Source of the DNA: Phycisphaerae bacterium
GTDB lineage: Bacteria > Planctomycetota > Phycisphaerae > UBA1845
DNA: 64,000 nucleotides
Reading direction: 5' to 3'
Assembly: GCA_963666835.2 (NCBI GenBank)
Contig: CAXXGO010000006.1
Location: 1,248,001-1,312,000, forward strand
The notes beneath the pieces were generated by a model. The model had not been told where the DNA came from. It saw only the letters and a list, made by a program, of their open reading frames with translations, and made no database searches. Positions 9,729-19,250 of this stretch are shown one piece after another. Every line of letters starts with the position of its first letter. Position 1 is the first letter of the stretch. The position numbers and the translations under genes are program-made.

Positions 9729-11260
9729 TCCGTCCCGAAGGCGTGTAGACGGGTGGAGCGAAGCGGAACCCGTGGGTGAGATTCGCTCCCACCTGCTCCC
9801 GTCCCGAAGGCTAGGTGGCCCACGTCCTTTTGGCTTTCGTGCATTCTCCAGTCTGTCGAGAATCACGCGAAGTCATGTTGCCTGGACGTGGGGGAGCCGA
9901 TGATCTTCACGTGCGGCCGTGAGTGACACCCGCGTGGCTCATAGGACCAGCCCGGCAGGGCGGCAGCTCTGCCTAGCCCGCGGCGTGAGCCGCGGGATCG
10001 AGTTGCCCACCGGCCTTAGCCCCGTCAGGGGCGGCACTTCGATATTCGAAGGAGCCCCGGTCGTCGCCAGCGTGCTTTCCGTATGATGTTGAATCACCGG
10101 TTTCCGATCCAGGCCTCGATGCGCTCTGCCGCCCGCAACGGGGCTTGGCGCGAAACGACCGATCCCCCAGGCTTACGCCGTGGGGCTAGAGGACCTGTTG
10201 CCCCAAGGGGCTGCCCGCCGGCGTGTGTGTCACTGCTTTTGAGCAGTGCAAGACTGGCGTTGCCATGCAGGTGGCATCTCCCGTAGGGCAGGGTCGAGGA
10301 ACGAGCTCGTCTACAGCCGCTGCGCCGGAATACAGCAGTGCGCGGGAATGGGGCATTACCCGGAAAGGCGGCACTACACGGGAATGCGGCACTACACGGG
10401 AAACACCGAAGGCGTTACGTCCTGTGCCCAGGGTTGCCGCGCAGCGGCTACCCTGGGATCACGGTCGCATAGAAAATCAACCCCAACGGGGTTCCGCCGT
10501 TGTTCAACCCACTTCGGGGGTAATGCGCCAGGGAGCTCTGTGACCCAGGGTGGCACGAACGCGGCTGCGCCGCTTCGTTTACCCTGGCTTTGCTGTTTAA
10601 CGCCTTCGGCATGTGTTGAGGAGAGGCGCGCCGTCCTGAAGGGACGTGGGCACGTAGCCACGGGTGAAGCGCAGCGGAACCCGTGGGTCAGTTTTGTCCC
10701 GGTGTATTCCCGTCCCGAAGGGCCGGCGGACGGTTTCAATAATCGCGCGAAGGTCTGTAGGGTGCCTCGACCGTGTCTTAACCGAAGTCCCTTGGGGCGG
10801 CAGGTCCTTTAGCCCCACGGCGTAAGCCTGGGGAAACCGTGCGGTCGCTTTGCGCCAAGCCCCTTGTGTGCGGCAGAGGGCATTGGGATGCGAATCGGAC
10901 ACCGGTGATTCAACATCATACGCGAAGCACGTTGGCGACCGCCGGGAGCTTTTCGATCATCGAAGTGCCGCCCCTCGGGGCTTGGGTTGACGTGCGATGC
11001 GATCCCGCGGCTGACGCCGCGGGCTAGGCAGAGCTGCCGCCCTGACGGGCTGGTTTCGCGAGCCACACGTGTGGCACATATTCGTACGACTCAAACCATC
11101 GCGGCCTTGATGGCAGGTCTCGTGCCTCGACCATGCCCTACGAGGTCGTCGCGCGACGCACGCTGTTGTGGCAGGTCTCGTACCTCGACCGTGCGCTACG
11201 TATGTCTTCGCGCGACGCGCGCTGTTGCGGCAGGTCTCGTGCCTCGACTGTGCCCTAACC
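9729..11260. repeat. Mosaic array of REP/REPIN-like palindromic elements
   Basis: Two inverted copies of a ~260-bp element (about 9948-10212 and 10789-11050), a ~205-bp element with accgaaggcgtta/taacgccttcggc ends, an 18-bp minisatellite (about 10344-10403) and three GTAG REPs (11112-11258). Confidence 0.85.
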
Positions 11261-11399
11261 CTGGCACCGCTGCTCCACCGATGTCGAAGGCCTATTGGGA
11301 CGGAACGCAGCCCGCATACCAAACAGGGCTCTCTCGTCTCGTCTGCCAAGGTTAGTACCATTGGGCTCTGCCCAACACCTCCCTATTCCCGCCCCGCGC

Positions 11400-11438
11400 A
11401 AAAAACGGGGGCGGCAACCCTTCATACGGTCGCCGCCC
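11400..11438 (-). terminator. Rho-independent terminator
   Basis: ggggcggc...gccgcccc stem followed by a T-run on the minus strand, just downstream of 11479. Confidence 0.7.
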
Positions 11439-11478
11439 TCTATGGAATAACATCGCCGATATGAACGACCAGCGATGG

Positions 11479-11973
11479 CTAGCGAGTCTTGTGGTGCGGA
11501 CCGGCGTACGCGAGCTGATAGGCCTGGAAGTCGGCCAAATCTACGTCGCCGTCCGCATCAAAATCATGTGATTCGCAAACGCCCTCCTGCCCCGCGGCAG
11601 ATCTGGGACCAGAGAAACACAAAAGAAAATCACCCCGAGCCATCGCATCGCCACCGGCCGGGGCACTGACACTCGCTATCTGATTCGGTCCGAGGGGTAG
11701 ACCCGTCCCGCCGTTCGGCGTAAGCTGCCAGAGCCCCACGGCCAGCCCAATCACCGCGGCCGCTGATACCCACCGCAACAAACCGGGCCTAACCAGCCGC
11801 GGCGCTTCGCAAACGCTGCCGCGAAGCAGCGCCGCCGGGTCCACCGGAGTCCGCGCGAACAGGTTCGCCTGCTCCGCATCCTTCAGCTCCAGAAGGACGC
11901 TTTCGAGTGGATCAAGCTGCTTTCGGTTCGCGTTCATAGAAGACCATCCCATGCGGCGGACTCCCGCCTGCAC
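11479..11973 (-). CDS. Putative anti-sigma factor with extracytoplasmic dockerin-like motif (start may be 11937)
   Basis: Directly follows the ECF sigma gene; single TM (RWVSAAAVIGLAVGLW); C-terminal C..HDFDADGDVDLADFQAYQLAY. Confidence 0.6.
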   Translation of the reverse strand: MQAGVRRMGWSSMNANRKQLDPLESVLLELKDAEQANLFARTPVDPAALLRGSVCEAPRLVRPGLLRWVSAAAVIGLAVGLWQLTPNGGTGLPLGPNQIASVSAPAGGDAMARGDFLLCFSGPRSAAGQEGVCESHDFDADGDVDLADFQAYQLAYAGPHHKTR

Positions 11974-11974
11974 C

Positions 11975-12640
11975 TCATAAGTCGCTCCGATCGTCGCCAG
12001 GCGCGAACTGTTTTCCGGTTTTTCGCTCCAAACACCGGCTGAGCCGTTCCACGACCGACTTCCACCGAGATCGGAGCGTGGATTCCTTCAAGCCCAGCGC
12101 CTCCGCGGCCTCTCGCCACCTTCTGTCCGTTATGGCTTCAAGTTGCCCGGTCAACGCTCGGCTTCGGTCGTCCAACTCGCTCAGGCAACTCTGCAGGGTG
12201 TCCAGATCCTCTATGCGGGTCAGTTCTGAGAGGGGGTCGTCCAGCGATACTGACATTGACTCGAGGTCGTCGCCGGCTTCCACTACGGCAGGGTCCGATT
12301 CGGCGGGGAGCTGACGCATGGCGCTGATAGTCCGGTTTCGGGCGAGCCGGGCCAGGTAGGCCGCGGCCGACTTGGGCGGCTGCTCCCCGGCGCGCTGCAT
12401 GGAACGAACGAACCCCGACCAGCTCTCGGAGGCGATGGAGTCCAGCCATTGCGGATCCCGGGTGCAGCGGTCCCGCGCCTGTCGGAAGATCGTGTACCTG
12501 ACCAAACGATCGTAGCGGTTCATCAGCTCCCGCAAGGCCGCGGAGTCCCCGCCCAGCATGCCGGCGATGAGAAAGCCATCGTCCGGTTTGTGGGACGGGT
12601 CCGGGTCAAATGGTCTTTCCCCGTTGGGCTGGAGAGGCAT
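11975..12640 (-). CDS. ECF-type sigma-70 factor
   Basis: Region 2 (ALRELMNRYDRLV...YLARLARNRTISAMR) and region 4 (AAEALGLKESTLRSRW...LSRCL). Confidence 0.8.
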   Translation of the reverse strand: MPLQPNGERPFDPDPSHKPDDGFLIAGMLGGDSAALRELMNRYDRLVRYTIFRQARDRCTRDPQWLDSIASESWSGFVRSMQRAGEQPPKSAAAYLARLARNRTISAMRQLPAESDPAVVEAGDDLESMSVSLDDPLSELTRIEDLDTLQSCLSELDDRSRALTGQLEAITDRRWREAAEALGLKESTLRSRWKSVVERLSRCLERKTGKQFAPGDDRSDL

Positions 12641-12647
12641 GCCGGCA

Positions 12648-12675
12648 ATTATGATGGTCCCGGCGGGGGGGTCAA
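12648..12675 (-). promoter_or_regulatory. Sigma70-like promoter, probably leaderless
   Basis: TTGACC-N16-CATAAT-N7-ATG with no SD. Confidence 0.55.
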
Positions 12676-12706
12676 CGAGGAAGTCCGCCGGTCAACGCAC
12701 GTAAGC

Positions 12707-13423
12707 TCAGCGGATGAACCGGTATTTCATGACGGCCCACAACGCCGGGAAGCCGTCCAACCAGCTTATCTTCTTGCCCTCGTCGTGGGACCGGCCCGCG
12801 TAGCTGATTCCGACCTCGTAGACGCGCCAATACTTGCCTTGCCGGTTCGGACGGGCGACCTTGGCCGTGAACTCGGGTTCGAAGTCGAACCGATTGCACC
12901 GAAGCGTCATGCCCTTCAGAACCTCGGCTCGGAACACCTTGTAGCAGGTCTCCATGTCCGTGAGATTCAGATCCGTGAACATGTTGGAAATGAGAGTGAC
13001 GAACCGATTGCCCACCATGTGCCAGAACCGGTCTACCCGGTGCGCCGCACCTCCGCGAAAACGCGAGCCGTAGACAACATCGGCGATGTCATCCAGGATA
13101 GGCCTAAGCAGCCGCCCGTAATCCTCCGGGTTGTACTCGAGGTCGGCATCCTGAATCAGAATGATGTCGCCGTCAGCCAGCGCGAACCCCTCGCGCAAGG
13201 CGGCCCCTTTGCCCTTGTTGGTTGGCTGGAGCTTCACGACGATGTCCTGATCGGCCCAGCGGTCTTTGATCCTCGGGTAGAGGTCGCGAGATCCGTCGGT
13301 TGACCCGTCGTCCACGATGACCACTTGGCGAGCCATCCCAACATCTACGGCCAAGACTCGGGCAAGCAGTTCCTCGAGGGTCCTTGCTTCGTTGTGGACC
13401 GGAATGATGATGGAAAGGCGCAT
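12707..13423 (-). CDS. Glycosyltransferase family 2 (DPM synthase-like)
   Basis: [46 protein letters not shown]. Confidence 0.95.
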   Translation of the reverse strand: MRLSIIIPVHNEARTLEELLARVLAVDVGMARQVVIVDDGSTDGSRDLYPRIKDRWADQDIVVKLQPTNKGKGAALREGFALADGDIILIQDADLEYNPEDYGRLLRPILDDIADVVYGSRFRGGAAHRVDRFWHMVGNRFVTLISNMFTDLNLTDMETCYKVFRAEVLKGMTLRCNRFDFEPEFTAKVARPNRQGKYWRVYEVGISYAGRSHDEGKKISWLDGFPALWAVMKYRFIR

Positions 13424-13448
13424 GGGGTCCCTTGTTCACTTCCAGGCG

Positions 13449-14486
13449 TTAGCCGAACACCGAGAAACCGCGGGCGATCAGATCCTGGATGTCGATCAGC
13501 CCGGCCAGCCGGTCGTTCTCTTCAACCACCGGAAGCTCGTCGATTGAGTACTTGCGCATCAACTCCAACGCGTCCATGACCGAAGCGTCTACGGAGACGC
13601 GCTTCGGCGCCCGGGTCATCACTTCGGATACGCGGCGGTCCGCCAGCACGTCCCGGCTCTTGAACAATCGAAAGAAATCTCCGTGCGTGATAATGCCGAC
13701 GAGGATGCCCTCGGAATCTACCACGGCCGCGGCGCCGGCGCGCTGCGGGGCGCTCAGGATGGCCTCATAACACGCCCCCAGCGAGGCATCCGCGGCCGTC
13801 GTGGGGCAGTTCGGTCCGGTACGCATTATCTCCCGGGCTTTCATCAGGTATCGCCCCAGAGCGCCTCCGGGGTGATAACTGGCGTATTGATCCGGCTGGA
13901 CCGCGCGGAGTTCCATCACCGTAAGCGCGAGGGCATCGCCCAGAGCGAGCATGGCGGCCGTAGAGGAACTGGGTGCCAGCCCCAGAGGGCAGGCTTCTGC
14001 AGTCGAACCGATGTCGAGCACGAAGTCGGCGTGCTGGGCGGCCACCGAGTCCGTGCAAGCGGTGAGCAGGATCACGACACATCCCAGGGCCTTCAGTCGC
14101 GGCAGGATCTCGACCAGCTCGGAACCGCCGCTCTTGCTCAGCGACAGCACCACATCGTCGGAATGGACCATGCCGAGATCGCCGTGAAGGGCCTCGACGG
14201 GATGCAGCCCGTAGGATAGGGTACCCGTGCTGGCCAGGGTCGCTTGGATCTTGTTGCCGACCAGTCCGGCCTTTCCGACCCCGGTAACACAGACCCGCCC
14301 ACGGCAATTGTGAATGGCTCGGACGGCCTGCACGAAGCTGTCGCCGAGACGGATCTGGGCATCGCGGATCGCGGCGGATTCGAGTTCCAGCACGGCGCGA
14401 CCGCGGGCCAGGATTGCCTCCGGGCTCCTCGTCGTTCGTACGCTGTCGGACGGCCTGGTTCCCGCGTTTGTTCTGGTGGTCTCCAT
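13449..14486 (-). CDS. kdsD: KpsF/GutQ family arabinose-5-phosphate isomerase (SIS + CBS domains)
   Basis: GVGKAG, LASTGT, EALHGDLG, EACPLGLAP, HPGGALG, C-terminal CBS pair. Confidence 0.92.
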   Translation of the reverse strand: METTRTNAGTRPSDSVRTTRSPEAILARGRAVLELESAAIRDAQIRLGDSFVQAVRAIHNCRGRVCVTGVGKAGLVGNKIQATLASTGTLSYGLHPVEALHGDLGMVHSDDVVLSLSKSGGSELVEILPRLKALGCVVILLTACTDSVAAQHADFVLDIGSTAEACPLGLAPSSSTAAMLALGDALALTVMELRAVQPDQYASYHPGGALGRYLMKAREIMRTGPNCPTTAADASLGACYEAILSAPQRAGAAAVVDSEGILVGIITHGDFFRLFKSRDVLADRRVSEVMTRAPKRVSVDASVMDALELMRKYSIDELPVVEENDRLAGLIDIQDLIARGFSVFG

Positions 14487-14496
14487 ACGTCAGCGC

Positions 14497-14525
14497 ATTA
14501 TCATCGAGCCGGGGGGTTTACTCAA
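14497..14525 (-). promoter_or_regulatory. Sigma70-like promoter with very short leader
   Basis: TTGAGT-N17-GATAAT-N10-ATG. Confidence 0.5.
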
Positions 14526-15517
14526 CCGGGCCCGACCTTGTCGCTGGAGGGTGCCGGTGCGGCGACCTCGGAAACTGCGATTGACCGCCGGTCCAAGCCG
14601 ATGTGAACCAGGGTTTCGATAGCATCCGCCACCGTTTTGTCCGGCACGTCAGCGGCTCGACGCAGCCTGACGGTCGGTGACGTGTGCTTAGCCCGCAGTT
14701 CTCGGACGGTTTCGGAAAGTGCCTTTGCAGAAAGTGGAGCCCCTGCCAGACGGAAGCTGCCGGCCTTGGTGATCGTAAGCTCAATCGACGGTTCGCCCGG
14801 GTTTCGGCCTATCGTTAAGACGACCTTGGTTCCCATCGGGGGGATCGCTTCGGTGTTGGCTTCGAGCCAGAGTAGCTCGTTGTCCGCGCTGTGCAGATCG
14901 GCGATCGCAATAAGGGCGGTCTCGAAATCGACAACGCACGCAATCGTTCCCTCAAGATCGGCCCCGAATCGGCCGTCCGCGAGGGTCTTGGACCCGGCGA
15001 ATACCCACTTGGCGGACTCGACCGGGCGGTTCCGGTTACGATCCAACAGCCACCGCTCGGCAGGGACGGTAGTCTCCTTGCCAATGGAGCTGTAACGGAC
15101 AGTCAGACTCAACGGCTCGCCGATGGGGGGGAGGATCCGCTCCGTAGCTTCGTCGTAGCGAATCGGCTTGCCCGGCTCCAATCCGATCAGGCCCATCGCA
15201 TGGTGGATGTCTCGAGGACGTCCGGGGATAGCCAGGATGCTCTCGTGTTCCCGCGTGTGCGGACTGCAGGCCAGCAGCTCGAGCGGCCCGCGGCGAAGCA
15301 CCACGGTGGCATCCAGCTCCACGATCCTGCGTGACCAGTCAATGCGTATTCCGGGAGAGTATTCCTGTGGGGTCGGTTTGTCCGCCACTGGATCACCGCG
15401 CGATTCCGGCGGCGACGGCAGACCCAAGACACCTGCAACGGCGACGCCGAGAGCGATGATCGTCGCGACGCATCGTGCTCGACCTTTATTCAACGTGGAT
15501 ATGCTCTTCTGTTTCAT
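14522..15517 (-). CDS. YdjY-like domain protein with ExbD/TolR-like C-terminal domain
   Basis: 'LELLAC...EHESIL...HHAMGLIGLEPG...WVFAGS...IPPMGT'; tail 'LTITKAGSFRLAG...VRLRRAADVP..TVADAI..L...G'. Confidence 0.65.
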   Translation of the reverse strand: MKQKSISTLNKGRARCVATIIALGVAVAGVLGLPSPPESRGDPVADKPTPQEYSPGIRIDWSRRIVELDATVVLRRGPLELLACSPHTREHESILAIPGRPRDIHHAMGLIGLEPGKPIRYDEATERILPPIGEPLSLTVRYSSIGKETTVPAERWLLDRNRNRPVESAKWVFAGSKTLADGRFGADLEGTIACVVDFETALIAIADLHSADNELLWLEANTEAIPPMGTKVVLTIGRNPGEPSIELTITKAGSFRLAGAPLSAKALSETVRELRAKHTSPTVRLRRAADVPDKTVADAIETLVHIGLDRRSIAVSEVAAPAPSSDKVGPG

Positions 15518-15644
15518 GGGTATCTCGGCATGTTCAGATATCGACTGGAAGACCTTCCAGCCCGGATTCTCCACGCAAGCGGGGCACAGGCCGTAAACCA
15601 ACGGAGCGCCAGTGCTTGTTCCAGGCGTGGAAGCCGAGCAGCGC

Positions 15645-15680
15645 AAAAGAAAACCGCTACGGAAGCCGTAGCGGTTTTCG
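15645..15680 (-). terminator. Rho-independent terminator
   Basis: gaaaaccgctacgg-aag-ccgtagcggttttc hairpin plus T-run. Confidence 0.75.
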
Positions 15681-15747
15681 GAATACTACCGTCTCTCCGA
15701 TCGAAGCACCCGGTACCTTTTGCCGACCGGGGCCGATCCATCAGCGG

Positions 15748-18700
15748 TTAACGCTGCGAGAACGACGGGAAAGCCTGCTCCTCCTGCTCAGACTGAATCA
15801 GGATCTTCGGCTTAATCAGGATCAGCAGGACCTGCTCATCCTTGACCGTCGATCGCGACGAATACAGCCGCTTGAGGATCGGGATCTTGGAGAGAATCGG
15901 AACACCGGCTTCGACTTCGGTTTCGCTGGCCAGCTTCTGCCCGCCGATTAGCAACGTCCCACCATCCGGCACGGAGACCATAGTCTGGATCCGCTGAGCC
16001 GACAGGGTGGGAAGCTGCACGAACGCATCACCCGCTCCTGTTCCACCGCTGAACCGGAACGTCTGCAGATCGAGCAAGCGGGTCACACCGGGAGCGAGCA
16101 GCATCATCACGTAGCGCCGATCCGCAGTCACCGTGGCCCGCACGAACAGACTCGCACCGGCATCAACCGTCTGGGTCTCAGGTTCCTGAGCGACCGCCTG
16201 TTGCGCGACCACCGGCTGCAGCGTGCTGACGAAGTTCTGCTGAATGGTCACGGCGATCCAGGCCGACGCGCCGTTGAACACAACCAGCCGCGGGGCCGTA
16301 ACCACCGAGGTTCGCGAGTCAGCTTGAGTAGCCCGGATGAGGAAATCCAGTTGGATGTTGTCCAGGAAGCTCCCGAAGATACTCAGCGCGGCCGGGAGAG
16401 CCTGACCACCGAAGCTACCGGGGATGTCACTGGGGAAGTTGGCCGGGTTCGTGAAGTCCAGAACACTGGAGGTAACCGGAACCGGCGTCAGCAGGCTGCC
16501 ACCGCCGCCGGTGCTACCGGGGACCAGGTACGGTTGCTCATACGGCTGCTGGATCGCGGAACCACCCACTTGCAGCACTTCCCCTTGCCCCAGCGGGGTG
16601 GGCGTGATTCCCAATTGGGAGAATGTCCGCGGAAGCAGCAAGCGGTTGCCGTATACGGGGTCCGTCAGCGGGCCGGATCCGCCGTTGATCATATCAAACC
16701 CGGCATTTCCGGAGTTGAGCGTGATATTCAGGTTCATACCCAGCTCTTCGAGATAGTGGCTGGACACCGTGATGAACAACGCCTCGACGGCTACCTGAAT
16801 CGCCCGCTCGGCCCGCAGCTTATCCAGTAGCCCGCTCAGCTTGGCGTGCGAAGCCGAGTTCTGCGTAACCACGAGCTGTCCGTTGATCTCGCTAATGCGG
16901 CCAATAGACCCACCGTTGTCGTACCAACTTTCCGGGGCGATCGTATCCTGGATCAACGAAATCAGCTTGCGGACCCGACTTTCCCGGGCGGGGTTGCTCT
17001 CCGGCTCGTCATCGTCATCGTCCCCGACTTGCCAAGGGAGATCCGCCTCCTCAGAAACCCGCGGACGCTTCCGATTCGTCATGGCGTGAAGGTCCATGGC
17101 CGGCGCGTCGGTGAAATCCGGAATCTCCATCAACAGGTCCGTAATGTCGTACACCGCGTTGTAGGTTCTCTGATCCAAGAAGTCCTGGGTGGCGATCGAG
17201 ATCACGCCCTCCGCAACTTCAAACCCCACATCGACAGTGCCTTGCCCGGCCTGCTGGAGTACTTCCGTAAGGACCTTCTTCAGGGTAATCTCGCTCGGCA
17301 GAACCAGTTCAATCGGCGTATCCCGCTCGACGCCCGCCTGCTGGAGATCATGCCAGTTGACGCTTATGTTCAACCGGTGTGCGTCGGCCAGCCGCTCGAT
17401 GACTTGCCCGAACGGCTGCCGCTGGAAATCTGCGGTAGTCGGGCGGTTCAAAGCGCTGATGAGCAGGCTGTCCTGCCGGGTCTCACCCGGTCGGCTTCGT
17501 TCCGGGCGGGAGATGATCTTGATCCAATCATCCGGGTACTGAATCTGCTGATGCCAAGGGATCTTGGCCTCCTCGACCCCAATCAGCGTGTTGCGAGACT
17601 CCCGGTAGAAATCATCGTGGATCTCGCGTTCCCGCCTGAGCAACCGCTGGTCCTCGAGGACATCCATCATGAATCGAGCCGGCTTGTTTTTCGGGTCGAT
17701 CACGGTGATCTGCCTGAGGGCGTTGATGGCTGCGGGAAGATCGCCGTCTTTGCGGTGCTGTTGGGCCTGCTGCATCAGGGCGTCTACCTGACGCGTACGG
17801 TTCGCCTCCACTTCGCGAAGGTGTTGTTGCCGGGCGTCTTCAATCTCCCTGCGGGTCTCCGCCACCTTCTCTTCGTGGTATCTCCGCTCTTGAGCCCGAA
17901 CCTGGTCTTCCAGGGCGTCGTACTCACTGCGCAGACTCTCGTACTTGACTACCGGCTCAGCGAACTGCCTGCCGGATTCGACGATCTGACGAGCTCGGAT
18001 GAGAATCTGGTTGGCTTCGTCGAACTGCTCATTCGCAACACAATCCCTAATTGCGTTCTCCGCTTCGCGATACCGCGCGACCGCACGCTGCCAGTTGATA
18101 GCATCTTCGTGCCGGATTCGGTCAATGAGCGACTGCCCGCCCGGACCGGCGGCATTCGCCGCGTGCTGCCGGGCAACGTTAAGGCCATCGACGGCTTCGG
18201 GGTATCCCGGAACCGCAACCAGGGCTTCGCGATAGGCTTCTTCGGCGTCCGCGTATCGGCCGGCCTCTACGAGGCTGTTACCTTTGGCCGTCAAATCAGC
18301 CGCCCGCTGGACCGCGGATTGATCTGAACTCGCCGCCGCGTCATCCCCAACCAAGTGTGCGGGATGGTTATCGGTCGGTGTGGTGGACTTGGCTGCTGCA
18401 GTGGACTCTTCAATCAGAGAGTCACGCTCGCGGAGGTCACGAAGTTTCGCAGTCGCCGCCCGACGCACGGACTCGGCGGAATACTCGTTGGCCAGCACCC
18501 CGTTCAGGAGTTTCTCCGCCCGGTCGTATTCGCGCTCGGCAATTGCCGTCTCAGCATCCTCGAGGTCGCCGAGCGACTTCTCGTACATCGTGATCGCGAC
18601 CTGCACGCGACTGACGTAGTCGTCGCGTCGCGCCTGATCGTCTTGAGACAGGGCATCGCGATCAATGCCCAGGAGCGTTTCCTGAGCGGCGAGATAGTCA

Positions 18701-18960
18701 CCGTCGTTGAAGAGCTTGATAGCCTGCTTCAACGCCTCTGTCGAATCGCTGGCTGTGGCGGGAACGGCGAAAAAGCACAGCGCAATAAGCGCCATCGACA
18801 CCGCGGCACCTGCCGGAAACCTTACTCTTGGCAACGGAAGATCCTCCTTGTGGCGTCCAGTCTGGAGTTTCCCTCGGCCGGACTGTCGGGTGGGTTTACC
18901 ACGCCGGACATAAATGCCGAACCCGACAGCCTCAGCGCCGGAGAGCAGACAACTCACCAC
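15748..18960 (-). CDS. Type II/IV secretin (GspD/PilQ-like) with TPR N-terminus; true start probably downstream of 18960
   Basis: C-terminal APRLVVFNG, TMVSVPDGGTLLIGG, GVPILSKIPILKRLY, LLILIKPKI. Confidence 0.92.
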   Translation of the reverse strand: MVSCLLSGAEAVGFGIYVRRGKPTRQSGRGKLQTGRHKEDLPLPRVRFPAGAAVSMALIALCFFAVPATASDSTEALKQAIKLFNDGDYLAAQETLLGIDRDALSQDDQARRDDYVSRVQVAITMYEKSLGDLEDAETAIAEREYDRAEKLLNGVLANEYSAESVRRAATAKLRDLRERDSLIEESTAAAKSTTPTDNHPAHLVGDDAAASSDQSAVQRAADLTAKGNSLVEAGRYADAEEAYREALVAVPGYPEAVDGLNVARQHAANAAGPGGQSLIDRIRHEDAINWQRAVARYREAENAIRDCVANEQFDEANQILIRARQIVESGRQFAEPVVKYESLRSEYDALEDQVRAQERRYHEEKVAETRREIEDARQQHLREVEANRTRQVDALMQQAQQHRKDGDLPAAINALRQITVIDPKNKPARFMMDVLEDQRLLRREREIHDDFYRESRNTLIGVEEAKIPWHQQIQYPDDWIKIISRPERSRPGETRQDSLLISALNRPTTADFQRQPFGQVIERLADAHRLNISVNWHDLQQAGVERDTPIELVLPSEITLKKVLTEVLQQAGQGTVDVGFEVAEGVISIATQDFLDQRTYNAVYDITDLLMEIPDFTDAPAMDLHAMTNRKRPRVSEEADLPWQVGDDDDDEPESNPARESRVRKLISLIQDTIAPESWYDNGGSIGRISEINGQLVVTQNSASHAKLSGLLDKLRAERAIQVAVEALFITVSSHYLEELGMNLNITLNSGNAGFDMINGGSGPLTDPVYGNRLLLPRTFSQLGITPTPLGQGEVLQVGGSAIQQPYEQPYLVPGSTGGGGSLLTPVPVTSSVLDFTNPANFPSDIPGSFGGQALPAALSIFGSFLDNIQLDFLIRATQADSRTSVVTAPRLVVFNGASAWIAVTIQQNFVSTLQPVVAQQAVAQEPETQTVDAGASLFVRATVTADRRYVMMLLAPGVTRLLDLQTFRFSGGTGAGDAFVQLPTLSAQRIQTMVSVPDGGTLLIGGQKLASETEVEAGVPILSKIPILKRLYSSRSTVKDEQVLLILIKPKILIQSEQEEQAFPSFSQR

Positions 18961-19250
18961 CTGTGGAATACACCGTACTCTCAGTGCTGTCGGCGCGCCT
19001 TCTAGGCACTGAAAAGCCGGATTCTAGGTGGTCGACTCGCAGCTCGCAAGCCTCCCGACCCCACCCCATGAACAAAACTGCTCCACTTTTCTACGGGCCG
19101 GATTTCTCCGACCCACGGTAACCGCCCGCCATGAGCCTGAGCGGCCTGTTTTGCCGTTGGACCACCCAGTCCAACATCGCCCTGAGACCCCGTGGCGAAC
19201 GCCGACGATGCGCCACTCGATCTTTGGGCTCCGCCGGCGAATCCGGCGGA

